Shown here: positions 10,384-19,141 of the stretch, one piece after another
How positions within the stretch are numbered: position 1 is the stretch's first letter
Layout: each line of letters opens with the position of its first letter
DNA from: Fidelibacterota bacterium
GTDB taxonomy: Bacteria > Fidelibacterota > Marinisomatia > Marinisomatales > Marinisomataceae
NCBI GenBank assembly: GCA_002701645.1
Contig: NZWP01000012.1
Coordinates: 45,580-109,579, forward strand
Direction of reading: 5' to 3'
DNA: 64,000 bases
The notes under the pieces: model-generated
The model's input: only the letters and a program-made list of their open reading frames with translations
Database searches by the model: none
What the model was told of the DNA's origin: nothing
Program-made: the position numbers and the translations under genes

Positions 10384-10459
10384 CCAAATTTTTATTTTTG
10401 CATTATATGTTATGGTAGTTCTATTTGTGTTTTATCCTTTGCTAAAAAAAATTAAATAA
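10370..10459 (+). CDS. 29-aa single-TM micro-protein (MELFNQIFIFALYVMVVLFVFYPLLKKIK), not in the ORF track
   Basis: I translated this by eye. Its ATG lies inside the last 14 nt of ccmF and its TAA overlaps the ccmA ATG (TAATG), so it is coupled on both sides. It has a hydrophobic core followed by a KKxK tail. Confidence 0.35.
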   Translation: MELFNQIFIFALYVMVVLFVFYPLLKKIK

Positions 10460-11058
10460 TGTTACAAATCACAAATCTTAGTAAATCATTTTCTGATACC
10501 AAAGTATTAAACGATATCTCGCATACAGTAGATTCGGGCAAGCTAGTTGCTTTGCTGGGAAAGAATGGATCGGGTAAAACAACTTTTTTAAAATGTATAT
10601 CCAATATTATGAATATTGATTCTGGAGATATTGATTATAATGGATCTAGCTTTTTATTTTTGAATGATAAAGCAAATATTTTTAGCGACTTAACTATACT
10701 AAATAATCTTAAATGTATTCTACGTTCTTATAATCAGAATTTGAATATAGATACTTATAATAAATATTTGAATTTACTCGGTTTAAAAGAATTAGAAAGT
10801 TTGCCTCTAAAGTATTTATCAAGAGGAAATCTCCAAAGAAACAAATTGTTTATTGCATTAAATTTATCATGGGAGTATCTATTAATAGATGAGCCTTTTA
10901 CCAATTTAGATGAGAGTGCTCAAACTGTTTTTAGAGATATTTTTTTGGATTTAAAGTCAAAAAATAAGACTATTATTTTTTCAACACATAATTTTAGTCA
11001 TGTTTCAGATATTTGCGATCAATCTATAGAAATAGAGAATGGGAAGGTTGCTTTATGA
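10459..11058 (+). CDS. ccmA: Heme-exporter ABC ATPase CcmA-like
   Basis: Walker A GKNGSGKTT, Walker B LLIDEP, H-loop STHN and a degenerate signature LSRGNLQR. Position is upstream of ccmB and ccmC. Confidence 0.75.
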   Translation: MLQITNLSKSFSDTKVLNDISHTVDSGKLVALLGKNGSGKTTFLKCISNIMNIDSGDIDYNGSSFLFLNDKANIFSDLTILNNLKCILRSYNQNLNIDTYNKYLNLLGLKELESLPLKYLSRGNLQRNKLFIALNLSWEYLLIDEPFTNLDESAQTVFRDIFLDLKSKNKTIIFSTHNFSHVSDICDQSIEIENGKVAL

Positions 11059-11717
11059 TAATGAATTTGATTAAAAATGAATTTTTTTTAGAGATGAAAT
11101 CATCAAACAACCTCTTTTATATGACATTTTTCTCTTTATCATGCTTAATGCTCTCAGTTTTTTCGTTTCCTCCATCTGAATTAAATGAGATTATTATTTT
11201 ATCTGGATTCTTCTGGATTATAATTGCATTGGTATCTATCAAATTAATTGAAAATTCGTTTGTACGTGAAAAAGAAAGAGGTATATATGATTTAATTTAT
11301 ACATCTCCGACAGAAAATTATTTAGTATTTTTAGCAAAATTAATCACATTTTCTTTGATTTTGCTTGGCGTACAATTGTTTATTTTTATGATTTATAGCT
11401 TGATATCGACTGCAATAGAGATTGATTTGATTTTTAAAGTTTTAATACTTTGCTTGTTATCTAATACGGGACTAATTGGGTTAGGAATACTTATTTATTT
11501 AATGACTTCTCTAAATAGTACAAGAAGTTTCTTATTTCCGCTCATTTTATTTCCTATGATTGTTCCTCTTTTGATTCATTCTTCAAATATATTTATTGCT
11601 TTATGTCTAGGTAAAGAAATATCTTTTTATGCAGAATCGGTGTTGTTATTATTAACTTTTGCACTGATGGCAGTTATTTTGGGAATTAATTTTTTTGAAA
11701 GGTTAATAAAATACTAA
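11055..11717 (+). CDS. ccmB: Heme exporter membrane protein CcmB-like
   Basis: About 220-aa six-TM protein between ccmA and ccmC. The ATG at 11055 overlaps the ccmA stop (ATGA) and is preferred to the ORF-track start at 11013. Confidence 0.65.
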   Translation: MIMNLIKNEFFLEMKSSNNLFYMTFFSLSCLMLSVFSFPPSELNEIIILSGFFWIIIALVSIKLIENSFVREKERGIYDLIYTSPTENYLVFLAKLITFSLILLGVQLFIFMIYSLISTAIEIDLIFKVLILCLLSNTGLIGLGILIYLMTSLNSTRSFLFPLILFPMIVPLLIHSSNIFIALCLGKEISFYAESVLLLLTFALMAVILGINFFERLIKY

Positions 11718-12364
11718 TGAATTTATCTTTATTTATGCTAGTAATGATTGTGATGATATGTAATTTAATATCAATTATATTTTTGACTCCAATGGTTCCC
11801 GATCAAGAATGGGCACAAAAAATATTTTATCTTCATGTTCCTTTAGCATGGTCTGGTTTTTTATCTTATTTTTTTGTGATGCTTTCAGGTATTGCTTATC
11901 TTATTTCTAGAAATCTTAAATACGATAGAATTGGCCATGCAGCAGCAGAAATTGGTACAATATTTACAGGACTCGTATTATTAACAGGGCCTATTTGGGC
12001 TACTCCGATTTGGGGAAAGCCATGGATTTGGGAACCAAGACTAGTTACTACGTTAGTTTTATTTGTTATCTATGCAGGCTATTTTATTTTAAGAAATGTT
12101 GGAATCTACAGACAGAGAGTAGCTTTAATTTCTGCTATAATAGGTATTATCGCATTTCTAGATATCCCAATCATATTTACATCGGTAAATTTCTGGGCAG
12201 CTGAAATTCAATCTCATCCTCAAATGGAAATGTCCAAACAGCCTTCAGGAATATTGTCACCATTTTTATTTTCTTTATTTGCTTTTACCAATCTTATGTT
12301 CACTATGCTATTTTTAAAAATGAAAGTTCTATACTTAGAAGATAAAGAGAAAAATTATGTATAA
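11717..12364 (+). CDS. ccmC: Heme exporter protein CcmC
   Basis: Trp-rich WWD-type motif WGKPWIWEPRL. Conserved His contexts (YLHVPLAW, IQSHPQ). Size and topology are typical. Confidence 0.85.
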   Translation: MNLSLFMLVMIVMICNLISIIFLTPMVPDQEWAQKIFYLHVPLAWSGFLSYFFVMLSGIAYLISRNLKYDRIGHAAAEIGTIFTGLVLLTGPIWATPIWGKPWIWEPRLVTTLVLFVIYAGYFILRNVGIYRQRVALISAIIGIIAFLDIPIIFTSVNFWAAEIQSHPQMEMSKQPSGILSPFLFSLFAFTNLMFTMLFLKMKVLYLEDKEKNYV

Positions 12365-12458
12365 TTATTTAGAGTATTTCTTAGCAGCATTTTTAGTTGT
12401 ATTTACAGTTATCTTGGTATGGTTTGTATTAAATATAAAAAAACTAAAAAAGTTATAA
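12357..12458 (+). CDS. 33-aa CcmD-like micro-protein (MYNYLEYFLAAFLVVFTVILVWFVLNIKKLKKL), not in the ORF track
   Basis: I translated this by eye. The ATG overlaps the ccmC stop (ATGTATAA). It has a single TM and a basic tail. It occupies the canonical ccmD position immediately after ccmC. Confidence 0.45.
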   Translation: MYNYLEYFLAAFLVVFTVILVWFVLNIKKLKKL

Positions 12459-12525
12459 ATAAACATTTTTTAATATAATTATTTACTATATTTTTTGATT
12501 GAACTTTTAATTATTCTAGGGGGAT

Positions 12526-13599
12526 ATGAATAAAATGGAAAGAAAAATTGTACATGTTATCGGTACCGGAACAATCGGTGAACCATTGATTGGAATTTTG
12601 TGTGAACAAAAAAGTAATCTAGGTATTGACGAAATCACCTTTCATAAGCACTCTCCGTTAACCAAAGACAAGCCAAAAATGGATAATTTAATGAAAAAAG
12701 GTGCAAGGTTATCTGTGCTTGAAGATAGAGTGGATGCTTTTAAATCTATTGGTCTTGAACCAGAATTTACATTAGAAGAGTCTATTGCTAGAAGTTCTGT
12801 TGTGATTGACTGTACTCCAGGCGGGTCCGGTCTTAAAAACAAAGAAAAATACTACAATAAATATACTGATCAGGTAAAGGGATTTTTAGCGCAAGGTAGT
12901 GAGAATGGTTTTGGTAAAAAATATGCACGAGGCATTAACGATCATGTCATCAGCTCTGATGATCAATTTTTGCAAATTGTATCATGTAATACACATAATA
13001 TTGCATGCCTAGTCAATACTATAGCATTAAGTATCGCACCAGATAATCTTCTATCTGGTAAGTTTGTATGTATTCGTAGAAGTAATGATATTAGCCAGAC
13101 AGATAGTTATGTGCCTGCACCAACAGTAAATGCGCATTCTGATAACGATTATGGAACGCATCATGCTAAAGATGCTGCTGGATTATTTAAGACAATGAAT
13201 CTTGATTTGGATCTTTTTTCTTCGGCTTTAAAAATAAATACTCAGTATATGCATACTGTTTGGTTTAATCTTAATCTTAAAGAACCGACCTCTACAGAAA
13301 AAGTACTCGAGTTGTTAAATCGCAATGATAGAATTGCATTAACTGAGCATAAAGCATCAAATGCCGTATTTTCTTTTGGAAGAGACCAAGGATTATACGG
13401 AAGAATTTTAAATCAAACAGTTGTGGTTGAAGATTCCATTAATGTTAAGAATGAACATGAAGTAACTGGATTTTGTTTTACTCCTCAAGATGGAAATTCT
13501 ATTTTATCGAGTATTGCTGCAACAGTTAGATTTTTAAATCCCCACTCTTATCAAGATAAGATTAATTCTCTTGATCCATTCTTTTTTCAAAGAGTTTAA
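12526..13599 (+). CDS. Type II (archaeal-type) glyceraldehyde-3-phosphate dehydrogenase homolog
   Basis: Rossmann N-terminus VHVIGTGTIGE. The blocks DCTPGGSGLKNK, IVSCNTHN (catalytic Cys), IRRSND, THHAKD and YMHTVWFNL parallel the archaeal GAPDH blocks DATPGG.G.KNK, VSCNTT, IRRA.DP and SHHGPD. Good SD (GGGGGA) upstream. Confidence 0.6.
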   Translation: MNKMERKIVHVIGTGTIGEPLIGILCEQKSNLGIDEITFHKHSPLTKDKPKMDNLMKKGARLSVLEDRVDAFKSIGLEPEFTLEESIARSSVVIDCTPGGSGLKNKEKYYNKYTDQVKGFLAQGSENGFGKKYARGINDHVISSDDQFLQIVSCNTHNIACLVNTIALSIAPDNLLSGKFVCIRRSNDISQTDSYVPAPTVNAHSDNDYGTHHAKDAAGLFKTMNLDLDLFSSALKINTQYMHTVWFNLNLKEPTSTEKVLELLNRNDRIALTEHKASNAVFSFGRDQGLYGRILNQTVVVEDSINVKNEHEVTGFCFTPQDGNSILSSIAATVRFLNPHSYQDKINSLDPFFFQRV

Positions 13600-14231
13600 T
13601 GGTACAATATCAGAGAATTGTTACTAAGCTTCTTGAAGAAAATACGTATGTTATTTTTAATGAAAAGAATGATTGTGTTATTATAGATCCAGGATTTGGT
13701 TTTGAATTAATCGATTCATTCATTCAATCAAAAAATTTATCTCCCATAGCTATACTAGCAACTCATGCACACTTCGATCATCTTGCAGGCGCTGCAGATC
13801 TTATAGATAAATACAAACTCCCTCTTTATGTTTGCGATAAAGACAAATTAGTGGTAGATAATTTTGATAGGGCAGCGGGATATTGGGGCGTAGAAGCAAG
13901 AACGCCTGCTGTTTCTCATTGGATTGATTGTGATGATAAGCAATTAGTAGTAAGAGATTTTTCTTTTTCAATCATATTTAATCCTGGTCATTCACCTGGA
14001 TGTATAAGCTTTATTATTGATAATTTAATCTTTTGTGGAGATTTAATATTTAAAGGATCTATTGGAAGAACAGATCTTCCTTTAAGTAGTTCAAGAGATA
14101 TGGCAACATCACTCAAATTCTTTGTAAATTCTTTTACAAGTGATCACACCTTATTAACAGGACATGGAGAAGAGACCACTCTTTATGAAGAGCTGAGAAC
14201 TAATCCTTATTTAATGAGATATGAAAAATAA
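13599..14231 (+). CDS. MBL-fold metallo-hydrolase (glyoxalase II-like)
   Basis: THAHFDH (HxHxDH) motif, GHSPG and a C-terminal GHG, in about 210 aa. Confidence 0.8.
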   Translation: MVQYQRIVTKLLEENTYVIFNEKNDCVIIDPGFGFELIDSFIQSKNLSPIAILATHAHFDHLAGAADLIDKYKLPLYVCDKDKLVVDNFDRAAGYWGVEARTPAVSHWIDCDDKQLVVRDFSFSIIFNPGHSPGCISFIIDNLIFCGDLIFKGSIGRTDLPLSSSRDMATSLKFFVNSFTSDHTLLTGHGEETTLYEELRTNPYLMRYEK

Positions 14232-15552
14232 AATTATTGATAGCATTAAAAGCTTACAGAGTCACAAAAAACAACATTTTCTTTTAGCAGTATCCGGTGG
14301 AATAGATTCTATGGTAATGTTAGATTTTTTCAATAGGAACTCTAATTTAGCTGATATCTCTGTGTGTTATGTTAATCATAATTATCACTCTGATAGTGAA
14401 AAAATGAATGTATTAGTATCAACTTATTGTAACGATAACAATATCCCTTATATTGAATCTTCAATTGATTCATCAAAAATCAAAAGTAATATAGAAGCAC
14501 AGTTTCGAGAAAAGCGATATTTTGAGCTTATAAAAGTTTGTAAAAAAGTTAATGCTGATTATGTTGTTACAGCTCATCATGCTAATGATCAAATTGAAAC
14601 TATTTTAATGAAAATTTTAAATTCTTCTAGTTTTAGTTCTATGAGAGGAATTCAGTCATTAAATAATAATATTTTTAGGCCAATGCTTAGTATTACAAAG
14701 GATCAAATTATTGAATATGCAAAGAAAAATAAAGTGATCTATATTCCAGATCCAACAAACGAGGATACTGCATTAACACGAAATTTTCTTAGAAAGAAAG
14801 TAATTCCATTGTTAGAGAATATTAAACCTAATCTTTATAAACCGTTCAAAGATTTTCAAAATAAAACTAATGACGTAGAGGATTTATTAAGCTTTACAAC
14901 AAATGAGTTTATTAAATCTGATGATATATCATTGTCTCAAGATATTTACTACATAAATAAAAAAAGATTTTTATCCCTACCATTTCTGTTAAGAATTAGT
15001 ATCATAAAAAAGATATTATCTAATAAAGTTGAATTTTATTTCTCTAAAAATTTATTAGTAGAATTGAGTGCATTTTTAGAGAAAGAAGTTATTGGTAGTG
15101 AGAAAATGATTAATAATGCTAAAATTTTAATTGATAGAGATTATATTTTATTGACAGAAAAATTAGATGTAATTTCAATATATCGTGAAGTAAAGGCAGG
15201 TGAAGTGGTAGAAAATGATGAATTTTCATTTTATTGGGATTATGATAAAAGACCAAAACACTTTTTAAAAGATCCAACTTTTGAATATGTTGATGCAGAG
15301 CGTTTTAATAACAAATTGGTTGTTAGAAATGTAGACAATGACGACGTATTTAGTCCATTAGGTTTATCCGGTACAAAGAAAGTGAGTCAATATTTGACTG
15401 ATCAGAAAGTATCTGCTTTCGAAAAAAGCAAAATCATTGCAATTTGTAATGAAAAAGATATCGTATGGGTAGCAGGTAAGCAGATTAGTAATAATTATAA
15501 GCTTACAAAAAATAGTAAATTGATTGCAAAACTAAATTTTTTTAGGAAATAG
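14221..15552 (+). CDS. tilS: tRNA(Ile)-lysidine synthase
   Basis: PP-loop SGGIDS, the TAHHANDQIET block and a C-terminal TilS substrate-binding domain. Conserved position upstream of ftsH. Confidence 0.85.
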   Translation: MKNKIIDSIKSLQSHKKQHFLLAVSGGIDSMVMLDFFNRNSNLADISVCYVNHNYHSDSEKMNVLVSTYCNDNNIPYIESSIDSSKIKSNIEAQFREKRYFELIKVCKKVNADYVVTAHHANDQIETILMKILNSSSFSSMRGIQSLNNNIFRPMLSITKDQIIEYAKKNKVIYIPDPTNEDTALTRNFLRKKVIPLLENIKPNLYKPFKDFQNKTNDVEDLLSFTTNEFIKSDDISLSQDIYYINKKRFLSLPFLLRISIIKKILSNKVEFYFSKNLLVELSAFLEKEVIGSEKMINNAKILIDRDYILLTEKLDVISIYREVKAGEVVENDEFSFYWDYDKRPKHFLKDPTFEYVDAERFNNKLVVRNVDNDDVFSPLGLSGTKKVSQYLTDQKVSAFEKSKIIAICNEKDIVWVAGKQISNNYKLTKNSKLIAKLNFFRK

Positions 15553-15589
15553 TTTTTTTAATAACCATTTTTATTAAATTCTTCTCCAA

Positions 15590-17500
15590 ATGAAAAAGTC
15601 AGTAAGAAAACCAAAAAAACAATTAAAGCAAAAATCGAAAGCTAAAAACTCTAGTTCTTTTGTATGGCTTGCAGTGTTGTTTTTTGTTATGATGTCTTTA
15701 TCATTGTTACCAAATGAATCAGAAAATGAAGTAGAAATTTCTTATAATACATATAGGAACCTACTTTCAGAGAATCAAATAAAAGAAGCGTCTATCGAGA
15801 ATGATAATTCCTTTCATGGAGAGTTATCTAGTCCTGCAACATTAATTAATACAAATGGAGCAGAGTTTACAGAAAGAACTCTTTTTGTCGTTTATTTGCC
15901 AGCAGACTACACTGATCAAATTAAAATTTGGGATGAAAAAAGTGTTGAATATAATTTTGAAGGAGAAAAAATTGATTGGACCAGTTGGCTCCTTGGTTTT
16001 GCACCTTGGTTGTTATTAATCGGTTTTTGGATCTTTATGATTAGAAGAATGCAAGGATCAAATAATGGTATGAATAATGTCTTTAGTTTTGGAAAGAGTA
16101 AAGCAAAAATGTTTTCTTCAAATCAAAAGAAAGTAAAATTTGGTGATGTTGCTGGATGTATAGAAGCAAAAGAAGAGTTAGAAGAAATTATTGCTTACTT
16201 AAAAAGTCCAAAGAAATTTGAGAAATTAGGTGGAAAAATCCCGAGAGGTGTATTGTTAGTAGGTCCTCCAGGAACTGGAAAAACTTTATTAGCTAGAGCT
16301 GTAGCAGGTGAGTCTAGTGTTCCATTTTTTAGTATTAGTGGAGCTGATTTTGTTGAAATGTTTGTAGGGGTAGGAGCTTCAAGAGTACGTGATTTATTTG
16401 AGCAAGCCAATAAAACTTCTCCTGCAATAATATTTATAGATGAATTGGATGCGGTAGGTCGACAAAGAGGAGCTGGATTAGGTGGAGGCCATGATGAAAG
16501 AGAACAAACTCTGAATCAATTATTAGTAGAATTAGATGGTTTTGAAAGTCATAGTAGCGTTATTGTTATGGCTGCAACTAATAGACCTGACGTGCTAGAC
16601 TCTGCATTATTGAGACCGGGAAGATTTGATCGTCAAGTTGTAGTAGATGTCCCTGATTTACAAGGAAGACATGATATTCTAAAGATACATACGAAAAAAA
16701 TTAAGATTAATACTAAGTCTGTCAAGCTCCATGATATTGCAAAAGGTACACCAGGTATGGTTGGTGCAGATTTAGCAAATCTTGTTAATGAAGCAGCCCT
16801 CTTAGCATCTAGAAAAAGAAAGGCTAGCGTAGATAACAATGATTTTGAAGAAGCAAAAGATAAAGTTTTAATGGGCGTAGAAAGGAAAAGCATGGTTTTA
16901 TCTGATAATGAGAAGAAGGTAACAGCATATCATGAAGCTGGACATGCTGTTGTAGCCATTTTCTCCCCCGAAGCAGATCCTGTTCATAAAGTTACTATCA
17001 TTCCAAGAGGAAGAGCTCTTGGAGTAACAATGCAACTACCTTTAGATGAAAAGCATGGATATTCTAAGACATATATTTTGAGCAGATTAGCAGTAATGAT
17101 GGGTGGAAGATCAGCTGAAGAAATAATATTTAATGAAATTACCACAGGCGCTTCCAATGATATTGAAAGAGCGACAAACATTGCAAGAAAAATGGTTTGT
17201 GAATGGGGGATGAGCGATGCTATGGGACCAATGTCGTTTGGTAAAAAGAATGAAGAAATATTCTTAGGAAGAGAAATTCAATCGCATAGAGATTATAGCG
17301 AACAGACTGCTCAGAAAATAGACCATGAGGTAGTCAGTATTATTAAGAATGCACAAAAAGCTTCACGTAACATCTTAACAGACAATATAGATTTACTTCA
17401 CCTGATGGCAGAACAGCTATTAGAGCATGAAACAATTGATGAGAAAGATATCAAATTGTTAATTGCTGGTAAAAAACTTTCAAAAAAAATAAATAAATAA
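15590..17500 (+). CDS. ftsH: ATP-dependent zinc metalloprotease FtsH
   Basis: Two N-terminal TMs, Walker A GPPGTGKT, Walker B IIFIDELD, the SRH region and the HEAGHA zinc motif. Confidence 0.95.
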   Translation: MKKSVRKPKKQLKQKSKAKNSSSFVWLAVLFFVMMSLSLLPNESENEVEISYNTYRNLLSENQIKEASIENDNSFHGELSSPATLINTNGAEFTERTLFVVYLPADYTDQIKIWDEKSVEYNFEGEKIDWTSWLLGFAPWLLLIGFWIFMIRRMQGSNNGMNNVFSFGKSKAKMFSSNQKKVKFGDVAGCIEAKEELEEIIAYLKSPKKFEKLGGKIPRGVLLVGPPGTGKTLLARAVAGESSVPFFSISGADFVEMFVGVGASRVRDLFEQANKTSPAIIFIDELDAVGRQRGAGLGGGHDEREQTLNQLLVELDGFESHSSVIVMAATNRPDVLDSALLRPGRFDRQVVVDVPDLQGRHDILKIHTKKIKINTKSVKLHDIAKGTPGMVGADLANLVNEAALLASRKRKASVDNNDFEEAKDKVLMGVERKSMVLSDNEKKVTAYHEAGHAVVAIFSPEADPVHKVTIIPRGRALGVTMQLPLDEKHGYSKTYILSRLAVMMGGRSAEEIIFNEITTGASNDIERATNIARKMVCEWGMSDAMGPMSFGKKNEEIFLGREIQSHRDYSEQTAQKIDHEVVSIIKNAQKASRNILTDNIDLLHLMAEQLLEHETIDEKDIKLLIAGKKLSKKINK

Positions 17501-17502
17501 TA

Positions 17503-18354
17503 GTGAATATTTCGGAATTAAATGATTGGTTGCTTTCAGAAAATCAACAGCCACTCATTATAGGGATATTAAATGTTACTCCAGATTCTTTCACCGATGG
17601 TGGTAAATTTTTAGATTCTAATACTGCTGTAAATCACGCTATGGATATGATTGCTGATGGTGCAGATATTATTGATATAGGCGGAGAGTCTACTAGACCT
17701 TTTTCTGATTCAGTATCTGAAGAAGAAGAATTATCTCGAGTTATATCTGTAATACAAAAACTAAGAGAAAAAACAGATACAGTAATATCCATAGATACTA
17801 CAAAATCTTCAGTTGCTGATAATGCATGTAATGTAGGAGCAAATCTTGTCAATGATATTAGCGCACTGTCATTTGATAATAGTATGATAGATGTTATTAA
17901 TAAGCATGATTGTTCTGTTATTTTAATGCATATAGCTGGAAATCCTAAGATAATGCAGGAGAATCCTTCATATGATAATATCATGTCTGATATTGCTAAT
18001 CATTTACTAGATAGAGCTAATTTTGCTTTAAAGAATGGAGTAAAGAAGCATAATATTATTTTAGATCCAGGAATTGGATTTGGTAAAACAATAGACAATA
18101 ATTTTACTATTATAGATAATATGGATAAGCTTACTAATCTTGGTTATCCAGTATTGATTGGGGCATCAAGAAAATCATTTATCGGTAAGACTTTGGATGT
18201 AGATGAAAATAATAGAATTGAAGGAACCATAGCATCAAATATTGTAGCTTTAGAGAGAGGATGCAAGATATTTAGAGTGCATGATATCAAGGAGACAAAA
18301 AGAGCATTAATTATTGCAAATAAAATTTTTAATTCAAACGCTTTAAATACCTAA
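17503..18354 (+). CDS. folP: Dihydropteroate synthase
   Basis: Carries ILNVTPDSFTDGG, DIGGESTRP, NDISA and GASRKSF. GTG start 3 nt after ftsH. Confidence 0.9.
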   Translation: MNISELNDWLLSENQQPLIIGILNVTPDSFTDGGKFLDSNTAVNHAMDMIADGADIIDIGGESTRPFSDSVSEEEELSRVISVIQKLREKTDTVISIDTTKSSVADNACNVGANLVNDISALSFDNSMIDVINKHDCSVILMHIAGNPKIMQENPSYDNIMSDIANHLLDRANFALKNGVKKHNIILDPGIGFGKTIDNNFTIIDNMDKLTNLGYPVLIGASRKSFIGKTLDVDENNRIEGTIASNIVALERGCKIFRVHDIKETKRALIIANKIFNSNALNT

Positions 18355-18364
18355 ATTATACTAT

Positions 18365-19141
18365 ATGAATTTATTTGAAATCAGCTTTATAAAATTTACA
18401 CTTACCGATTTATTTGATCTGGTACTTATTTCATTCATTTTCTCCTATGCATACTCTTATTTCAGAGGAACCAGAGGCGGACAGATGTTAATTGGTCTAT
18501 TAATTCTCTTTTTTGCAGGGTTTATCGTTAATATTCTTGGTTTTAGAGCTACTTCGTGGTTATTGAACTTATTTCAAACAGTTTGGGTAGTCGTATTTGT
18601 TATTCTATTTCAACCAGAAATTAGACGACTGCTAACGTCTGTTGGTCAAAATAGAATTTTAAGAAAGCTATTTCAAATCGAGAAACTTTCTATTCAAGAA
18701 GAAATTATCGTATGTATTAGTGAGATTAAAAAGAATAAATGGGGTGCTATTATTGTTTTTGAAAGAGAAAACTCTTTAAAGACTATTAGTGCTGATGGAG
18801 TAATGATGGGTGCAGTATTTAGTCCTGAATTATTAGTTTCAATTTTTAATCCTTCTTCACCTCTGCATGATGGAGCTGTAATTATTCATAGTAATATTAT
18901 TGAAGCTGCTGCATGCATTTTACCATTAACAGAAAGTAAAACTTTAAATCCAGAAATGGGTACACGACATAGGGCTGCATTAGGGATTTCAGAAGAAAGT
19001 GATGCTCTTGCCTTAGTTTTATCTGAAGAAACAGGAAAAATATCTATTGCAGAGAATGGATATTTTATAAGTTCTGCACTTACTTTAGATGAGCTAGGTA
19101 ATGTTTTAAGAGAAAAAATGAGCGATATAGGGGATGAGTAA
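18365..19141 (+). CDS. cdaA: Diadenylate cyclase CdaA (membrane-anchored DAC domain)
   Basis: Three N-terminal TMs. The DAC-domain blocks GAIIV, PLHDGAVII and GTRHRAALGISEESDA are present. Confidence 0.85.
   Translation: MNLFEISFIKFTLTDLFDLVLISFIFSYAYSYFRGTRGGQMLIGLLILFFAGFIVNILGFRATSWLLNLFQTVWVVVFVILFQPEIRRLLTSVGQNRILRKLFQIEKLSIQEEIIVCISEIKKNKWGAIIVFERENSLKTISADGVMMGAVFSPELLVSIFNPSSPLHDGAVIIHSNIIEAAACILPLTESKTLNPEMGTRHRAALGISEESDALALVLSEETGKISIAENGYFISSALTLDELGNVLREKMSDIGDE

Noticed and set aside
11995-12204. Same-strand alternative-frame ORFs (11995-12204 in ccmC, 20944-21129 in prfB, 58499-58789 in the MATE gene)
   Set aside because: They lie inside well-supported genes in another frame, and their products are Arg/Tyr/Cys-rich nonsense-like sequences.
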